64,000 nucleotides of DNA from a bacterium (GCA_963669175.1 OY769902.1:5088001-5152000), one strand, 5' to 3'. Positions 1-9,494 are shown, counted from the stretch's first letter. Notes: generated by a model from the sequence alone, not told the origin. Translations and numbers: made by a program.

Positions 1-48
1 CCATAGCTAGCATATCAAAGCCAAATCCTGATCACCAACGAGCCGCGT

Positions 49-117
49 TGTGACCTGACGGCTGAGTAACTCTCTAGTGTCAGGTCACACACCGCTTCGC
101 GCCGCAAGACCTGACAC
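49..117. repeat. Overlapping short inverted repeats (GACCTGAC/GTCAGGTC core), REP-like
   Basis: TGTGACCTGAC (49-59) pairs with GTCAGGTCACA (79-89); GTGTCAGGTC (77-86) pairs with GACCTGACAC (108-117). Confidence 0.5.
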
Positions 118-152
118 AACATTTAATGTCAAGCGTTTGGTTGTGTTCAATC

Positions 153-758
153 CTACTTCTTCTTCGGCCACTTCATGTGCAACCCGGGCCAGATCCGCGG
201 AAAGTACATCGCCCGTTTCTTCTCCCCGAAATCGGTCACATAGCGCACATCCTCAATCGAGAAAAACGCTCGCGGGTTAAATTCCTTTATGATCGAGATA
301 ATTCTGCCTGCTTCCTGCCGTTCACTCAGCATGAAGATGATATTCACAGGCCCGGTAGCACCTTCAGCATCCAGGTAGGTCAACCGGATATCACGTTCTT
401 TCAAGGATGCGATCAGATCGCTGGCGTCGCTACGTGTGATCACACGGATCAACACCTTGCCAATCGCCAGCTTGCTTTCAATCCACATTCCGAACCAGGT
501 ACCTGTCGCAAAGCCAGCGGCATAGGCGACGTAATAGTACCAGGTCGTCAGGTTCTGCAGGATCTGGCTCATGGCAATCAGCCAGATCAATACTTCAAAG
601 AAACCCAGCATCGGCGCTAATGCCCGCTGTCCACGCGCGAGGAACATCACCCGCAACGTCCCGACACTGACATCGCCGATCCGTGCAAAGAAAATCAACA
701 ATGGAACGACAACGAGCGAAAACCAGTTCGGTCCCTCAGCTACAACTGCTGCATCCAT
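153..758 (-). CDS. UPF0316/DUF2179-DUF5698-family membrane protein
   Basis: IFFARIGDVSVGTLRV, GFFEVLIW and AYAAGFATG motifs; about three TM segments followed by a soluble C-terminal domain ending AFFSIEDVR. Confidence 0.85.
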   Translation of the reverse strand: MDAAVVAEGPNWFSLVVVPLLIFFARIGDVSVGTLRVMFLARGQRALAPMLGFFEVLIWLIAMSQILQNLTTWYYYVAYAAGFATGTWFGMWIESKLAIGKVLIRVITRSDASDLIASLKERDIRLTYLDAEGATGPVNIIFMLSERQEAGRIISIIKEFNPRAFFSIEDVRYVTDFGEKKRAMYFPRIWPGLHMKWPKKK

Positions 759-1033
759 CAGTCTTCACGATCCACTAGTTCGAGAACCCATTCCTTCACC
801 CAGCGCCCACTTAACAAACCGTGCTGGACAAAAGGATCGCTATCCGTCAACGCGGAGGCTTTCTTCAGACTCGCTGCTTCAAAAATGATCATACCGCCGG
901 AATAATCGGTGTACGGCCCGCCCATCAGGCTTTTCACGCCTGCATCCTGCCAGTAGGCAGCATGGGCCGGGACAACCTCCGCGATCCGTTCCGGCTCCCC
1001 CTGCATGAAATATGAAAACACGAATAACGGCAT
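758..1033 (-). CDS. YciI-family protein
   Basis: 91 aa; H-x-x-Y, GGP, GGMIIF and DPF motifs; stop overlaps the next start codon. Confidence 0.8.
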   Translation of the reverse strand: MPLFVFSYFMQGEPERIAEVVPAHAAYWQDAGVKSLMGGPYTDYSGGMIIFEAASLKKASALTDSDPFVQHGLLSGRWVKEWVLELVDRED

Positions 1034-1136
1034 TGGACTTCAATTGCCTCTTTTTTCTGATCCAGCATTTAGTGGATCAGAACACTCTTCAATGCGCTAC
1101 GTTCAAGCGAAACAAAGAAATCTGACTATCTCACTC

Positions 1137-1177
1137 GTCGATACTTGCCTGGATTCCCACCTGCGTGGGAATGAAAG
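1137..1177 (-). repeat. Partial copy (one end) of the dRS3-like palindromic repeat family
   Basis: ATTCCC-ACCTGCGT-GGGAAT hairpin; the reverse complement continues CCAGGCAAGTATCGAC, as in the copies at about 31.3 kb and 59.1 kb. Confidence 0.7.
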
Positions 1178-1230
1178 GAAAGTCGACTGGACGATCTTTA
1201 ACCACTCATCCCCGGACAGGTATATCCGGG

Positions 1231-1980
1231 CTACTTGAACTGCACGCGTGCGAACGCGGCGGCAGTCTCTTTCTTGCGTGCCATGTCACTCTTCTCGAAG
1301 TAACTCTTGTCCAAACCGGACTTCTTCGCGAAGTGATCAATCTGTTCCTGCGTACCGATGTATTCACCCGTAGCAGTGCACTGTACCAGGTCGAACTCCT
1401 TGTCCCAGATAATACGCTTTCCACCCACCTCGGTGAACGGGATCGCTTCGGTCGGACAGGACATGGCGCAAGCCAGGCAGCCGATACAGGCATCCTTGTT
1501 CGGCACATCAACGTATTTATCCGGGCCACGTGACAATGTGGCAATGGCACTGCATCCTATGGCGTCACAGACACGGACGCAGATGCCACACATGATGCAC
1601 GTATCCGCGTTTTCACGCTTGGTGTAGGTGGTATCATGGATGCCATGCTGTGCTGCGAGCTGACGGATGACATCCGAGTCGGGCACACGGGCCAGCAACA
1701 GGTCCAGGACTACCTTGCGGTTTTCCAGCACCTCTTCGCTCCGGGTGTCAACGATCAGGTCTTCTTCCACCGGGAAAAGGCAGCTTGTGACCAGCTTCTT
1801 CCAGCCATCCCAGCCCGGTTTGGTGATCTCAACCACGCAGAGACGGCAGGCTCCAAACGATTCCAGCCCCGGATGATAACATAAGCTCGGAATCTCGATA
1901 CCGTTTTCGCGAGCTACCTCGAGAATGGTCTTGCCTGGTTCCGTGTCGATTGAACGACCGTCGATTGTGAGACGTACCAT
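1231..1980 (-). CDS. Short NuoG/HydA-N-terminus-like FeS subunit (2Fe-2S plus 2x[4Fe-4S]), no catalytic domain
   Basis: IPSLC...GACRLC...TSC 2Fe-2S motif; CIMCGICVRVC and CIGCLACAMSCP; only 249 aa, with no H-cluster or molybdopterin domain. Confidence 0.85.
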   Translation of the reverse strand: MVRLTIDGRSIDTEPGKTILEVARENGIEIPSLCYHPGLESFGACRLCVVEITKPGWDGWKKLVTSCLFPVEEDLIVDTRSEEVLENRKVVLDLLLARVPDSDVIRQLAAQHGIHDTTYTKRENADTCIMCGICVRVCDAIGCSAIATLSRGPDKYVDVPNKDACIGCLACAMSCPTEAIPFTEVGGKRIIWDKEFDLVQCTATGEYIGTQEQIDHFAKKSGLDKSYFEKSDMARKKETAAAFARVQFK

Positions 1981-2075
1981 GGCTATCCCTCTTTAACCGC
2001 AGATGCGGAAATCAGTAATCTCAATGCTTGTCCAGGGGGACCATATGTTTCCATGCGCTCCCCCGGAAACCTGCT

Positions 2076-4034
2076 TTATGCTTTCGTAGCAGCCAACTTG
2101 GCTTTGCCGGTTGGCTCCAGACGATTATTCACAACTTCACCGCCGGAAATGATGTCAACCGTATCAACCGGGCAGACATCATAGCATATGCCACACGTGA
2201 TGCACTTGTCTTGATCGATGACGTGCAGCTTCTTGTTTTCACCGGAAATCGCTTCCGTGGGACAACGCTTCTTGCACAGCTTGCAGCCGATGCAATTCTT
2301 GTTGATTTCGTAATGAATCAAAGGCTTGCAAACACCGGCTTCGCACTTCTTGTCCTTGATATGCGCGATGTATTCGTCACGGAAATACTGCAATGTCGAG
2401 GTCACCGGGTAAGGCGCTGATTTGCCCAGGCCGCACAGGCTGGCAACTTCCATGGTGTGGCAGAGCTTCTCGATCTTGTCGAGATCTTCCATCTCGCCTT
2501 CACCACGTGTGATCTTGTCCAGCAGTTCGTAGGTCTGACGCAGACCTTCACGGCACGGTACGCACTTCCCGCAGCTCTCGTCGATCAGGAACTTCGTGAA
2601 GTACTTGGCCACATCGACCATACAGGTACGGTCATCCATCACCACCATACCGCCGGACCCCATCATGGCCCCGGCACGGGTGAGAGTATCAAAGTCTACG
2701 GACAGATCAAGCTTGTCAGCCGGGAGGCAACCGCCGGACGGGCCACCGGTCTGAACCGCCTTGAACGGACGGTCATTCAGGATACCGCCGCCGACATTGT
2801 AGATGATCTCACGCAGGGTGCGTCCCATCGGGACTTCCACCAACCCGGTATGACGAACCTTGCCAACCAGGCTGAACACCTTGGTGCCCTTGCTGGTCGG
2901 AGTGCCGATGGAGGAGAACCAGTCTGCGCCCTTGTTCATAATCGCAGGTACGCAAACCCAGGTTTCCACGTTGTTCAATACGGTCGGCTCGTCATTGAGC
3001 CCCTTCTCCACTGAACGGACATATTTGGCGCGTGGTTCACCGACTTTGCCTTCCAGGGAACGCATCAGCGCGGAACTTTCGCCGCAGACAAATGCGCCGC
3101 CACCACGGGAGATCTTCAAGCGGAAGCTCATTCCGCTGCCGAGAATATTGTCACCCAGCAAACCGATTGCGGTCAGCCGTTCGATGGCCATCGTAAGATG
3201 CTTTACTGCCAGCGGATACTCATGGCGCACATAGATGTACCCTTCGGTCGCGCCGAGGGCATAAGCGCCGATCAACATGCCTTCGATCACGCTATAGGGA
3301 TCGGAGTCCATGATGGTACGGTCCATGAATGCACCGGGATCGCCTTCGTCACCGTTACAGATGATCCAGACACGATCCTTCTTCACCCGCACCGCACTCT
3401 TCCACTTGCGTCCTGCCGGGAAGCCCGCACCGCCACGTCCACGCAAGCCGGACTTTTCGACTTCTTCGATCACTTCTTCCGGCTTCATGGCCAGGGCTTT
3501 GGTAAACCCTTCCAGACCGCCTGCCGCGATGAAATCATCAAAGTCGGTAGGATCAATGGTGCCCACGTTACGAAGCGCGATCCGCTGCTGCAGCGCGTAG
3601 AACGGGATATCATGATAGGTATGCGCACGATCGCCGCCCTTGCGGTCGCACAGGCGGTACAGCAGATCTTCAACCAACTCGCCCTTGACCAGGGTTTCTT
3701 CGACAATCTTCTTGGCGTCGCCGGGTTTCGTGTGTGCGTAGAAAATGGAATCCGGTTCAACTGTCACAATCGGACCCGCTTCGCACATACCGTGGCAACC
3801 GGTGCATTTCTTGACCAGGGTAACGTCCAGCTCAAGTCCGGCGGCTTTCAGCTCAGCAGCGTGAGCGTCAATCTCCTGTCCGATCTCTTCGTAAATCTTC
3901 CGGGATCCGCCGGCCACACATCCGGGACCGCCGCAAACACGGATTTCACGTTTACGAATCTTCCGGCTTTCCCGCACCTTCTTCGCGTAATCCAGAAGTG
4001 CCTTTGCGTTCTTGAAAGTCTTTGGTGCGGTCAT
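2076..4034 (-). CDS. NuoF/HydB-like NADH-binding flavoprotein (bifurcating-type architecture)
   Basis: N-terminal thioredoxin-like 2Fe-2S domain (CGGPGC...CHGMC); SGLRGRGGAGFP, NGDEGDPGAFMDR, GGPSGG, ESCGKCVPCREG, LCGLG; C-terminal 2x[4Fe-4S]. Confidence 0.93.
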   Translation of the reverse strand: MTAPKTFKNAKALLDYAKKVRESRKIRKREIRVCGGPGCVAGGSRKIYEEIGQEIDAHAAELKAAGLELDVTLVKKCTGCHGMCEAGPIVTVEPDSIFYAHTKPGDAKKIVEETLVKGELVEDLLYRLCDRKGGDRAHTYHDIPFYALQQRIALRNVGTIDPTDFDDFIAAGGLEGFTKALAMKPEEVIEEVEKSGLRGRGGAGFPAGRKWKSAVRVKKDRVWIICNGDEGDPGAFMDRTIMDSDPYSVIEGMLIGAYALGATEGYIYVRHEYPLAVKHLTMAIERLTAIGLLGDNILGSGMSFRLKISRGGGAFVCGESSALMRSLEGKVGEPRAKYVRSVEKGLNDEPTVLNNVETWVCVPAIMNKGADWFSSIGTPTSKGTKVFSLVGKVRHTGLVEVPMGRTLREIIYNVGGGILNDRPFKAVQTGGPSGGCLPADKLDLSVDFDTLTRAGAMMGSGGMVVMDDRTCMVDVAKYFTKFLIDESCGKCVPCREGLRQTYELLDKITRGEGEMEDLDKIEKLCHTMEVASLCGLGKSAPYPVTSTLQYFRDEYIAHIKDKKCEAGVCKPLIHYEINKNCIGCKLCKKRCPTEAISGENKKLHVIDQDKCITCGICYDVCPVDTVDIISGGEVVNNRLEPTGKAKLAATKA

Positions 4035-4564
4035 GATTCCCTCTCCTTCTTTAACAACTTATCGAGGGTACTGGGCGTCTGTTTCGAATAATACTCTTCG
4101 CCGACAACAATGGCGGGAGCGAGCGCACATGCGCCAACACAGTTCACTGTTTCCAGGCTGAAATGGTTGTCACACGTGGGAGCGCCACCGGCTTTCACGC
4201 CGAGCTTGCGTTCCAGCTCATCAACAAGGATGGGTGCGCCACGAACATGGCAGGCTGTGCCCATGCAAACCTTGATCAGCTTCTTGCCACGTGGTTCCAG
4301 GCTGAAGCTGCGGTAGAATGTGGCAACACTCTGCACCCGGGCGCGCGGCACATTCAATTCTTCCGCGACACGGTCCATGGCTTCCGGCGACAGCCAGTTG
4401 ATAGTATCCTGTACATCCTGCAATACCATGATCAGGCTGGATTCATCCTTCGGATACTTTTCAAAAATGGCGTCCAGCTTGCCGTTCATATCGGCTTCCA
4501 CCGGTTGTTCCTTCGCCGGGGCTTTCTTCTTCGCCGGAGCCTTTGTCTTCGCTTTTGCGGTCAT
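4031..4564 (-). CDS. NuoE/HydC-like 2Fe-2S subunit
   Basis: VATFY, VCMGTACHVRG and NCVGACALAP motifs; start at 4564 or 4573; 4-bp overlap with the nuoF-like gene. Confidence 0.92.
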   Translation of the reverse strand: MTAKAKTKAPAKKKAPAKEQPVEADMNGKLDAIFEKYPKDESSLIMVLQDVQDTINWLSPEAMDRVAEELNVPRARVQSVATFYRSFSLEPRGKKLIKVCMGTACHVRGAPILVDELERKLGVKAGGAPTCDNHFSLETVNCVGACALAPAIVVGEEYYSKQTPSTLDKLLKKERES

Positions 4565-4662
4565 GTGGTTCACTCCCGCCTTCTATCGATAGGGTTGTTT
4601 GTTCGCTAACCTGCACAACGGACACCCCGGAAAATGCCAGGGGATACCGTGTCCACCCTGTT

Positions 4663-5217
4663 CTACTTTTTCTTCCCCAACGCCTCGCGAGCGATTTCCG
4701 CGCCACGCTTGATACAGGCAAGGTTGGATTCGATGAACTGCGGCTTGCGCTGGAATTCGTGTTCAACAATCTTCAACACAGAATCCATGCCGATAATCTT
4801 CGCCGCTTCCACATAAGCGCCGAGCGCGATCATGTTCGCACCACGCTTGTTGCCCAACTCGGCCGCTTCAGCGTTGCAGGGCACCAGCAGCTCAATCACA
4901 TCCTTGCGCTTCACCCGGTCCGGGATCAGGCTGGAATTGACCAGGATGATTCCGCCTTCACGTACCGTCGGCTCGAATTTCTCCAGGCTGGGACGGTTCA
5001 TGGCGACCAAATCCAACGGACTATTGACCACCGGGCTCCCGATGGGATGGTCTGCGATTACGACGGTGCAATAGGCTGTACCGCCACGCATTTCCGGACC
5101 ATAGCTTGGCACCCAGGCAACTTCCTTGCCCTCGTCCATGCCGGCCTCGCCCAGAAACTTGCCCGCGGACAGAATCCCCTGCCCCCCAAATCCGGCAAAC
5201 TTCACTTCTCGTTGCAT
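4663..5217 (-). CDS. 2-oxoacid:ferredoxin oxidoreductase gamma subunit
   Basis: AGFGGQGIL, PSYGPEMRGG and NMIALGA motifs. Confidence 0.93.
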   Translation of the reverse strand: MQREVKFAGFGGQGILSAGKFLGEAGMDEGKEVAWVPSYGPEMRGGTAYCTVVIADHPIGSPVVNSPLDLVAMNRPSLEKFEPTVREGGIILVNSSLIPDRVKRKDVIELLVPCNAEAAELGNKRGANMIALGAYVEAAKIIGMDSVLKIVEHEFQRKPQFIESNLACIKRGAEIAREALGKKK

Positions 5218-5253
5218 GGTCTACCCATCTATTGTTTCTGGTTGTTTCGTACT

Positions 5254-6666
5254 CTACCTGCTCTTCTTCACTGCCTGTATCTCATCCTCAGGTATCTCAT
5301 TGACCACCATCTTGTACTTGCCATTCGGCCCCAACGGGATCTTTCCCATCTTATTAAAAATCATCTTTGTGTTTTTTCCCAAACGCTCCTTGAACCGTGT
5401 ATCCAGAATGTCCAGGTGTTCCTGCCCCATTCCTTCGCCCGGCACATAATTCAGCGTGATTTCACCAATGTGCTTCTGTACAACTTGTGATTCACGCACT
5501 GGCAGATCATTCACAAACGTCAACCAGGTCAACCGCCCACCTTCACTGGTCACCAGCATATCGGATACTCGCCCATCAATGCGTTCCAATAATGGCAGCG
5601 AACGTCCGCAGGAACAGGTCTCCGATTCAGGCTTCAGCACGACCCGGTCACCCGGCCGATAGCGAATTAACGGCATATCCGGGTTTACTAATCCAGTGCA
5701 AACCTCTTCACCACTGGTCCCCGGTGCAACCGCTTCACCGTTTTCAAGCACTTCCATAATCCCAACATCGGGCCAGATGTGCATGCTTCCCTGGTCACAC
5801 TCCCCGGCGGCACAGGCGATTTCAACCATGCCGTAGGTCTCACGCAGTTTGCAGCCGAACGCCTTTTCCACCAGCTCCCGCTGATAATCAAACACCGGTT
5901 CAGCATTGCTGATCGCAGTTTTAAACGTGTACCCGGTCAATCCCTGCCTGATCACCTCTTCCGCAAGCCAGCCCAGCAACGATGAATACCCATACAGGTA
6001 CTGGACCTTGTGCTTCTTCATCGCCTCCAGGTAGAGCGGAATGTTTTCAGGCGATAAGTGGTAAATCGAGCAATACAACTGCCTCAGCCCCTGGTTCCAG
6101 ACCCAGAAGGGTGGTTTCTGCTTCGATTTCGGGACAATCAATTGCCCGCCGATAATCGCCCAGTTGTCAAAACGGCTGACGCCGTAATACATCCGGGAAC
6201 GAACTTCAAAGAGCGCATACCAGAGTTTTACTGACTCCCTGGTCAACCAGATGTTCACCGCTTTCCCGGTCGAACCGCTGGTATGATCGAGGTACATCTT
6301 TTTCTTATCAATATCATCAGCGATCAAGGCATGCTCCTGTTCTCGAAGCACTTCCTTGTCCAGGAGCGGCCAGTTCTCCAGCAATTCATGGGAACTCTTA
6401 TCGCCCTTTCGACGACGCTCTTCCCAGAGACTCCGGTAATACGGAACATGCTTGACAGCACGATCCAGGATAAACGCCAACCGTTCTTCCTGGAAGGTTT
6501 TCCACTGTTCCTTTGACCAGGAATCCCGTTCGTGAATCTCTTCTACCAGCTTGTCAAAGTTCCCGCTGTAACGCCACCATTTCAGCTTGTAGCCCCAAAG
6601 TGAGGCGGCCCAGCTTCGCACCTGCGGTGGCAGGTTATGATAAATCTTCAATAATTCCGGAGACAT
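5254..6666 (-). CDS. Phenylacetate-CoA ligase/CapK-like adenylate-forming enzyme
   Basis: ANL-superfamily motifs TSGSTG, ETYGMVE, PLIRYRPGD, IDGRVSD and C-terminal GPNGKYK. Confidence 0.85.
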   Translation of the reverse strand: MSPELLKIYHNLPPQVRSWAASLWGYKLKWWRYSGNFDKLVEEIHERDSWSKEQWKTFQEERLAFILDRAVKHVPYYRSLWEERRRKGDKSSHELLENWPLLDKEVLREQEHALIADDIDKKKMYLDHTSGSTGKAVNIWLTRESVKLWYALFEVRSRMYYGVSRFDNWAIIGGQLIVPKSKQKPPFWVWNQGLRQLYCSIYHLSPENIPLYLEAMKKHKVQYLYGYSSLLGWLAEEVIRQGLTGYTFKTAISNAEPVFDYQRELVEKAFGCKLRETYGMVEIACAAGECDQGSMHIWPDVGIMEVLENGEAVAPGTSGEEVCTGLVNPDMPLIRYRPGDRVVLKPESETCSCGRSLPLLERIDGRVSDMLVTSEGGRLTWLTFVNDLPVRESQVVQKHIGEITLNYVPGEGMGQEHLDILDTRFKERLGKNTKMIFNKMGKIPLGPNGKYKMVVNEIPEDEIQAVKKSR

Positions 6667-6783
6667 GTAACCTCGCTACTATTTCTTCCCATGAGGAAGA
6701 AATTGGACCGTGGACCAGCCCCCCATACCAGGTGCGTAACTCTATACTCTAGTCACGGCTTGCATAAAGAACAGCCGTTTCCG

Positions 6784-7569
6784 CTACTCTTCCATTGCAA
6801 TCATCCTGGTGACCGCAGCATCATCGTCATCAGGAGTTTTCAACTCACCCAACGGGTAATACGGAATCATGTTGTCCGCCAGCCACTGGCAGGACTCGTT
6901 CGGCGTCATACCCCAGTTGGTCGGGCAGGTAGACAGCACTTCCACCAGTGAGAAGCAACGTCCCTCTTCCTGGTACTGGAATGCCTTCCGGATATACTGC
7001 TTGGTCCGGATGATCCACTGCGGCGAATGCGCGGAACCACGTGCGATGTACGCCGGAGTCCGTAGACTGGACAGCAGCTCACGCATACGGATCGGCCAGC
7101 CGGCATGGTTCACATCACGCCCCCCCGGGCTGGTAGTTGTCACCTGGCCGGGAAGCGTGGTCGGCGCCATCTGACCGCCGGTCATACCGTAAATCGCGTT
7201 GTTCACGAATACCACAGTGATCTTTTCACCACGGTTGGCGGCATGTAGAATCTCGTTGGTGCCGATGGATGCCAGGTCGCCGTCACCCTGGTAGGTGAAC
7301 ACGATGTTCTCCGGGCTGATGCGCTTCATCCCTGTTGCAAACGCCGGTGCACGACCATGCGCGGCTTCCAGGAAATCGCAGTTGAAATAGTTGTAGGCCA
7401 GCACACTACACCCGACCGGCGCTACTCCGACTGCACGCTCCCGTTGCCCCAGCTCATCCAGCACTTCCGCCACCATCCGGTGAATCACGCCATGCGTACA
7501 CCCCGGACAGTAGTGAGTGATGTTGGACGACATCGCTTCGGGCTTGCTGAATATCTTTTCCAAGGCCAT
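6784..7569 (-). CDS. 2-oxoacid:ferredoxin oxidoreductase beta (TPP-binding) subunit
   Basis: HYCPGCTHG, AAHGRAPA, QGDGD, NNAIYGMTGGQ and CPTNW motifs; AAGGAGG RBS. Confidence 0.94.
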   Translation of the reverse strand: MALEKIFSKPEAMSSNITHYCPGCTHGVIHRMVAEVLDELGQRERAVGVAPVGCSVLAYNYFNCDFLEAAHGRAPAFATGMKRISPENIVFTYQGDGDLASIGTNEILHAANRGEKITVVFVNNAIYGMTGGQMAPTTLPGQVTTTSPGGRDVNHAGWPIRMRELLSSLRTPAYIARGSAHSPQWIIRTKQYIRKAFQYQEEGRCFSLVEVLSTCPTNWGMTPNESCQWLADNMIPYYPLGELKTPDDDDAAVTRMIAMEE

Positions 7570-7591
7570 GAATAGCCCTCCTTTTTGGACG

Positions 7592-8090
7592 AATTAAGAA
7601 TTAAAAATTAAAAATTAATAAAGAACTGGTAGATTTCGCAGAAATAACGCTTTGAACCAACTAGGCTTTTTTCTTCTTACTGGTTATCAGAATAGAACTC
7701 AGTAATCTTAGAAGCTCATCAGCGTCGCGTAATATCGACACAGCCTCCGGCTTACTTAGACTACCACTATCACGAAGCAAACGAATCCAGTAATGCGTTT
7801 CCCTTGCTTCCTTATACGCGATACTTATTTTTGCAATAAAGTCTCTATTGCTCTGCGCTCCCAAAGCCTCTTCAATGTTTGCACCGATACTGGTTCCACA
7901 TCGAAGCAACTGCTTGGGTAACTCGTATTGCTTTTTCTTCGCAGTTAAATATTGATACAGCCGAATAATGCGCAAAGAAAAGGCAAACGATTTCTCTTGC
8001 ACCACATTCTTCTTATTCAAGCGAACCTCCCGTCGGAAAGGACGCAAATCTGCTGGAAAATTCTCAATTCTTAATTTTTAATTCTTAATT
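7592..8090. mobile_element. Candidate IVS-like cassette: inverted AATTAAR heptamer arrays enclosing a four-helix-bundle gene
   Basis: Left arm AATTAAG-AATTAAA-AATTAAA-AATT (7592-7616) is a 24/25 inverted match to AATTCTT-AATTTTT-AATTCTT-AATT (8066-8090); AT-rich relative to flanking genes. Mobility is inferred. Confidence 0.55.
7661..8020 (-). CDS. Four-helix-bundle protein (23S rRNA-IVP / Avd-like fold)
   Basis: QLLRCGTSIGANIEEA, SNRDFIAKISIAYKEARETHYW; GGGAGG RBS before TTG at 8020. Confidence 0.92.
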   Translation of the reverse strand: MNKKNVVQEKSFAFSLRIIRLYQYLTAKKKQYELPKQLLRCGTSIGANIEEALGAQSNRDFIAKISIAYKEARETHYWIRLLRDSGSLSKPEAVSILRDADELLRLLSSILITSKKKKA

Positions 8091-9139
8091 AAACTCTTTA
8101 CGTGCTCCACCACTTCTTCCGGACTCGGCACAATCCCGCCCTGACGTCCCCAATGGGTAATCGGTTTGACGTCACGGGTGAACAGACGCAGGTCTTCAAT
8201 CATCTGCCCGCTGTTCATCTCTACCGACAAGATCCGCTTCACACTCTTCAACTTTGCCAGCTTGGCAATCCCTTCGTCATCGAACGGATAAAGCGTGATG
8301 GGACGGAACAAGGCGATCTTGATCCCTTCTTTCGCCATCATGTCAATCGCAGTCTTGCAGACACGAGCCGACGTACCGAACGATGCCAGTACGATCTCCG
8401 GGTCTTTCGTGTTGCCGTAAACCTCACTGCGCTTCTCCACCTGCATCTTTGCGTACTTCTCTGCAAGGTGAATATTATGACGTTCGTTGGCCAGCGGATC
8501 CAGGTACAGCGTTTTGACGATATGTTTGTCACGTCCCTTGGCGCCGGTCGCAGCCCAACTGCTGTGGTCTGCGGCTTTGCCACGTGGGACAGCGTCAAAA
8601 TCTACCGGTTCCATCATCTGGCCGATAAGACCGTCCGCGAAGATCATGACCGGATTACGGTACTTGTCCGCAAGGTCAAACCCGCTGATGACATGCTCAA
8701 CCGCTTCCTGAACCGTGGAAGGCGCCAGCACCAGCAGACGATAATCGCCATGACCACCGCCCTTTGTAGACTGGAAATAGTCACCCTGGCTGGGAAGAAT
8801 ACCGCCCAACCCGGGCCCCGCCCTACAGACGTTGACCAATAGAGTGGGCAATTCAGCGCATGTGATGTAGCTGATCGCTTCGCTCATCAGGCTGATACCG
8901 GGGCTGGAACTGGTGGTAAAGCAACGCTTTCCGCTCGCCGCAGCGCCAAACAACATGTTACTGGCGCCCAGCTCGCTCTCAGCCTGCAGGAACACCCCGC
9001 CCACTTCCGGCATCCGTCGCGCCATGTACTCCGCGACTTCTGACTGAGGTGTAATGGGATAAGCAAAATAGTGGAGGCAGCCGGCCTGAATCGCCGCTTC
9101 CGCTATTGCTTCGTTACCCTTCATCAATTGTTTCGCCAT
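8078..9139 (-). CDS. vorB: 2-oxoacid:ferredoxin oxidoreductase alpha subunit (VorB-like)
   Basis: LMKGNEAIAEAA, YPITPQSE, QAESE, SSSPGISL, GGGHGDY and VEMNSGQM motifs; 353 aa. Substrate specificity cannot be determined from sequence. Confidence 0.9.
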   Translation of the reverse strand: MAKQLMKGNEAIAEAAIQAGCLHYFAYPITPQSEVAEYMARRMPEVGGVFLQAESELGASNMLFGAAASGKRCFTTSSSPGISLMSEAISYITCAELPTLLVNVCRAGPGLGGILPSQGDYFQSTKGGGHGDYRLLVLAPSTVQEAVEHVISGFDLADKYRNPVMIFADGLIGQMMEPVDFDAVPRGKAADHSSWAATGAKGRDKHIVKTLYLDPLANERHNIHLAEKYAKMQVEKRSEVYGNTKDPEIVLASFGTSARVCKTAIDMMAKEGIKIALFRPITLYPFDDEGIAKLAKLKSVKRILSVEMNSGQMIEDLRLFTRDVKPITHWGRQGGIVPSPEEVVEHVKSLIKN

Positions 9140-9260
9140 CTCTGTTCCTCAAAGATGATGGTTGGTTGTTGTCAACTTTGGTCGTTTGAATACTGGCCCG
9201 GTGGGAAGAGGCTGGCTGCTCGCAGGCGGTCACCCGTTTACCATCGAGCGCGTCACCTGC

Positions 9261-9494
9261 TTAATAGGGGAAATACTGGTATTGTACAGCATTGACCAGC
9301 ACTTCAATCGCAATGTCCGGGCAGGTTAATGCACACAGCTTGCACCCGATACAACGCGGCTGATCGTATACGTTTGCGAATTGGTATCCCTTGGTATTGA
9401 TCTTCTCGGACATGGAAATAATGCCCTGTGGACAGGCACGGACGCATAATTCGCATCCCTTGCACCGTTCCGAATCGATGTTGACCAGTGGCAT
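9261..9494 (-). CDS. 2x[4Fe-4S] ferredoxin (oxidoreductase delta subunit)
   Basis: CKGCELCVRACP and CIGCKLCALTCPD. Confidence 0.92.
   Translation of the reverse strand: MPLVNIDSERCKGCELCVRACPQGIISMSEKINTKGYQFANVYDQPRCIGCKLCALTCPDIAIEVLVNAVQYQYFPY

Noticed and set aside
1231-4564. Respiratory complex I nuoEFG or an [FeFe]-hydrogenase
   Set aside because: No other nuo genes nearby; the third subunit has only FeS-relay domains and no H-cluster motifs.
3198-5490. Long plus-strand ORFs 3198-4091 and 4543-5490 (likewise 8102-8842, 43135-44031, 53025-53762 on +, and 13784-14560, 31330-32136, 55501-56328 on -)
   Set aside because: Antisense shadows of well-supported genes, with no recognisable motifs.
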